From NCBI GenBank assembly GCA_963807635.1, contig CAWEDJ010000021.1:1-31361 (forward strand): DNA of 31,361 nt, read 5' to 3'. This document shows, piece by piece, positions 28,800-31,361 of the stretch (positions are counted from its first letter, which is position 1; every line of letters begins with the position of its first letter). The translations under genes and the position numbers were made by a program. The notes under the pieces were generated by a model. The model was given only the letters and a program-made list of their open reading frames with translations, searched no databases and had not been told where the DNA came from. The DNA comes from an uncultured cyanobacterium. Lineage in GTDB: Bacteria; Cyanobacteriota; Cyanobacteriia; Cyanobacteriales; Microcystaceae.

Positions 28800-31203
28800 A
28801 TGACCCCAGAAGAAGCTATTAATATTGCTGATGAGGCTTTGAAGATTTACTCAGGTAAAATTTTGACCGATATGCAACGGCTAATTTTGCAAGAATCTTT
28901 CGCTGGCAAGGGTTACGAGGAAATGATAGGCTATGATCCTCAGCACTTTAAAAATGAAGGTGGCGCACTTTGGAAGTTATTATCAGAAGCTTTAGGAGAA
29001 AAAGTTAGCAAAAAAAGTTTTAAAGGTGCGTTAGAAAAACGACTAAAATCTAGTCAATTTGCACTGTTTCCCCCAGAACCAACAATTTATAAGTCTGAAA
29101 AATGGGTAGGTCGATCGCCACTTATCGAGAAGTTATTAAATGAATTACAAAAAAAGACCCGTATTGTCTGGTTAACGGGACTTTCGGGCATTGGTAAAAC
29201 GACATTAGGGGAATGTATCGCGGTTAAAGCTTGGGAAAATAATCCATCTTTTCAGTGGATACATCTAGAAATTTCAACTAGTCAATTGACTGATTTTGCT
29301 ACAGGAGCGAGAGAAATTCTGAGTCAATTAGGCGAAAAAGATTTCGATCAGCAGGAAATGAATGATCCTAAATGGTTAAGCGATCGCCTGTTGCAAAAAT
29401 TACAGTCTTCTTTTTATTGGTTACAAATTGACGCACTAGAAAAATTGATTTCAGCAAATGAATTTATTGATAGTTATTGGCTGACTTTTTTAGAAAGTTG
29501 TTTAAATACGAATCATTTTTCCAGTCGTTTATTATTAACTTCTCAGGTTTTGCCCAACAGTCTGATTAATTGGTGCGATCGTTTTTCTAATATTTGGCAT
29601 CAAGAAACGTTAAAAGGGCTAGGAAATGAAGAATCTGAACAATACTTTGCTAAAAATGGCATTGTAATTGATGAGTTTAATCAAGATATTCTAACTGGTA
29701 TCAGTCAAACTTACGAAGGCCATCCTCTAGTTTTGCAAGTAATTACGGGAGAAATTTCACAGGTTTATCAAGGAGATGTAACGGCTTATTGGAAAGTTAA
29801 TCAAGCAGAATTTGAGCAGGTTTCACGGGAATTAAATTCGTCTCGTTTAACGCAAACTGATTATAACGAGCAATTAGCCCGTCGAGTTAGGGAAAGAGTC
29901 AAAAAGTCGTTAGAACAATTACCTAAAAAAGCGAATCGCGTTAATATGTTGCAGTGCGGTTTATCGTCGTCCAGTTCTTAAAAAGTTTTGGTTAGGATTA
30001 ATAACAGAATATTCTCCTAAAGAGCAATTAGAAGCTTATCGAATATTAGGCGATCGCGCTTTAATTGAAACAGAAAAAAATCTGATTCGGCAACATAATT
30101 TGGTACGAGATATTGCCTATGATTGGTTACGCAAAGATGAGGTTATTTGGAAAGCCGCAGAGGTTAAAGCGGCAGAGTTATGGCTAAGTGAGTATCAGTC
30201 TGAAGAGAATGCTGAAAATTTACAGAAAGTACGAGGTTATTTAGAGGCTTTTTATCATTATTGCAATGCTGAAGACTGGACTTTGGCAATCAAATTGTTT
30301 AATATTCCCTATCAAACATCACAAGATAAATTATCCGTTCATAAATTAATTACTTGGGGATTTTACCGAGAAACAATAAATATTTGTAAAAAGCTAATAG
30401 ATAAAGATAAATCTGAATCAGGAATGAGAATTAATTATTTTTGTCTACGTATGATAGGAGTTTCTTATTCATATATAGGTAATTATTTGGATGCAATAAA
30501 TAACTTACTAAAAAGTTTAAATATTGTACAAAAAGAATCATTTAGCTTGATAAAAGAAATTGATATAATACGTTGTTTAGCATATTTTAATTGTAATATT
30601 GAAAACTATGAAAATGCTACTTTTTGGAATTACTTATGCTTTTTAAAGTCTAGTAAAATTGATTACAATGAAGGATTATCCTTATTCTTAGCAATAGAAG
30701 GAACTATCTTTTTCAAAAAACAAGAGTACTATGAAGCTCTTGTTCGTTACAAAAAATCTTTACTAAGTTTGCATGGTCGAGGAATAAAAAATTTAACAAG
30801 TCTTTTAGGAAATCTAGGGGTTTGTTTTGTGAAAACACAAGACTATGACCAAGCCTTACATTGTTTTCAAAATAGTCTTTTGATGGTGAATTTTTTAAAA
30901 GATGATTTTATCCAAGCAAATATGTTGCAGAATTTAGGAATAACTAAAAGCTATCTTGAAAATAATATAGATGCTTTAAGTGATTTAAAAGAAGCCTTGA
31001 GAATTTTTAAGAAAAGAAATCTACTTAATGGACAAGCAGAAGTCCTAAGAAATATTGCGGCACTATATCTTAATACGAAACAACCTAAATTCGCACGACA
31101 ACATTGCGAACAAGCTCTAAAAATTGCCACAGAGTTAGGTATTCCATTAGCTCAAGAATGTCAAGAATTATTATCAAACATTGAGGAGGCAGAAAATTGT
31201 TGA
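28800..31203 (+). CDS. HTH-like + STAND/NB-ARC NTPase + TPR protein (~800 aa, one +1 frameshift near 29935)
   Basis: N-domain LTDMQRLIL..GKGYEEM..LWKLLSEALGEKVSK, then WVGR, Walker A GLSGIGKT, LLLTS and GHPLVL. Removing one A from gcgaatcgc joins it in frame (AIALICCSAVYRRP...QHNLVRD) to the TPR ORF. Confidence 0.88.
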
Positions 31204-31361
31204 TAGTTTGGACAATCCATGCAGAAGAACGACAACAACAATGGCAACAACGGCTAGAAATTACAAAGGAGGAAGTTGAAGCCGTATTAACTAATCCACA
31301 GCAAATTGTTACTGAAAATCAAGTATTTGTTGCCCAATCTAGACGAGGAAAAGGTTTACTT
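31200..31361 (+). CDS. DUF4258-like (RelE-fold) putative toxin, 3'-truncated by the window
   Basis: TTG overlaps the upstream TGA, with RBS gaggagg at 31183. Reads MIVWTIHAEERQQQW...ITKEEVEAVLTNP and is open to the window end. Confidence 0.7.
   Translation, partial: MIVWTIHAEERQQQWQQRLEITKEEVEAVLTNPQQIVTENQVFVAQSRRGKGLL

Noticed and set aside
30100..31203. Diversity-generating retroelement target in the TPR region
   Set aside because: No reverse transcriptase and no template/variable repeat pair seen in the window.

Overview
Cyanobacterial chromosomal segment. Evidence: very frequent HIP1 octamer GCGATCGC, psbT, and a tmRNA tag ANNIVSFKRVAVAA close to the Synechocystis type, so probably a unicellular Synechocystis/Snowella/Microcystis-like taxon. 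Most of it is housekeeping: slr2103-like acyltransferase, ftsY, 2Fe-2S ferredoxin, shc, peptide ABC binding protein, VKOR-thioredoxin, glgB, CSP41-like epimerase, PhzF, dacB, ssrA, three AIM24-like genes, purF, psbT, nrdR, tag, coaX, prlC. Many genes, including essential ftsY, are split by single-base indels, several at or beside GGCC or GATC/HIP1 motifs. These are most likely long-read consensus errors, not pseudogenes. Accessory parts: (i) a hicB gene cut at the window start by a probable IS end; (ii) a ~1.3 kb islet bounded by a duplicated Uma2 5' end that breaks exactly at HIP1, containing a periodic HIP1 array, an orphan antitoxin with a toxin stub, and DUF2513; (iii) an HTH-STAND NTPase-TPR gene with an AT-rich divergent TPR block, set head-to-head with a small membrane peptide gene across tandem direct repeats and coupled to a DUF4258-like toxin gene. 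Items (ii) and (iii) are the best candidates for an undescribed system. All family assignments are from motif recognition, not database searches.
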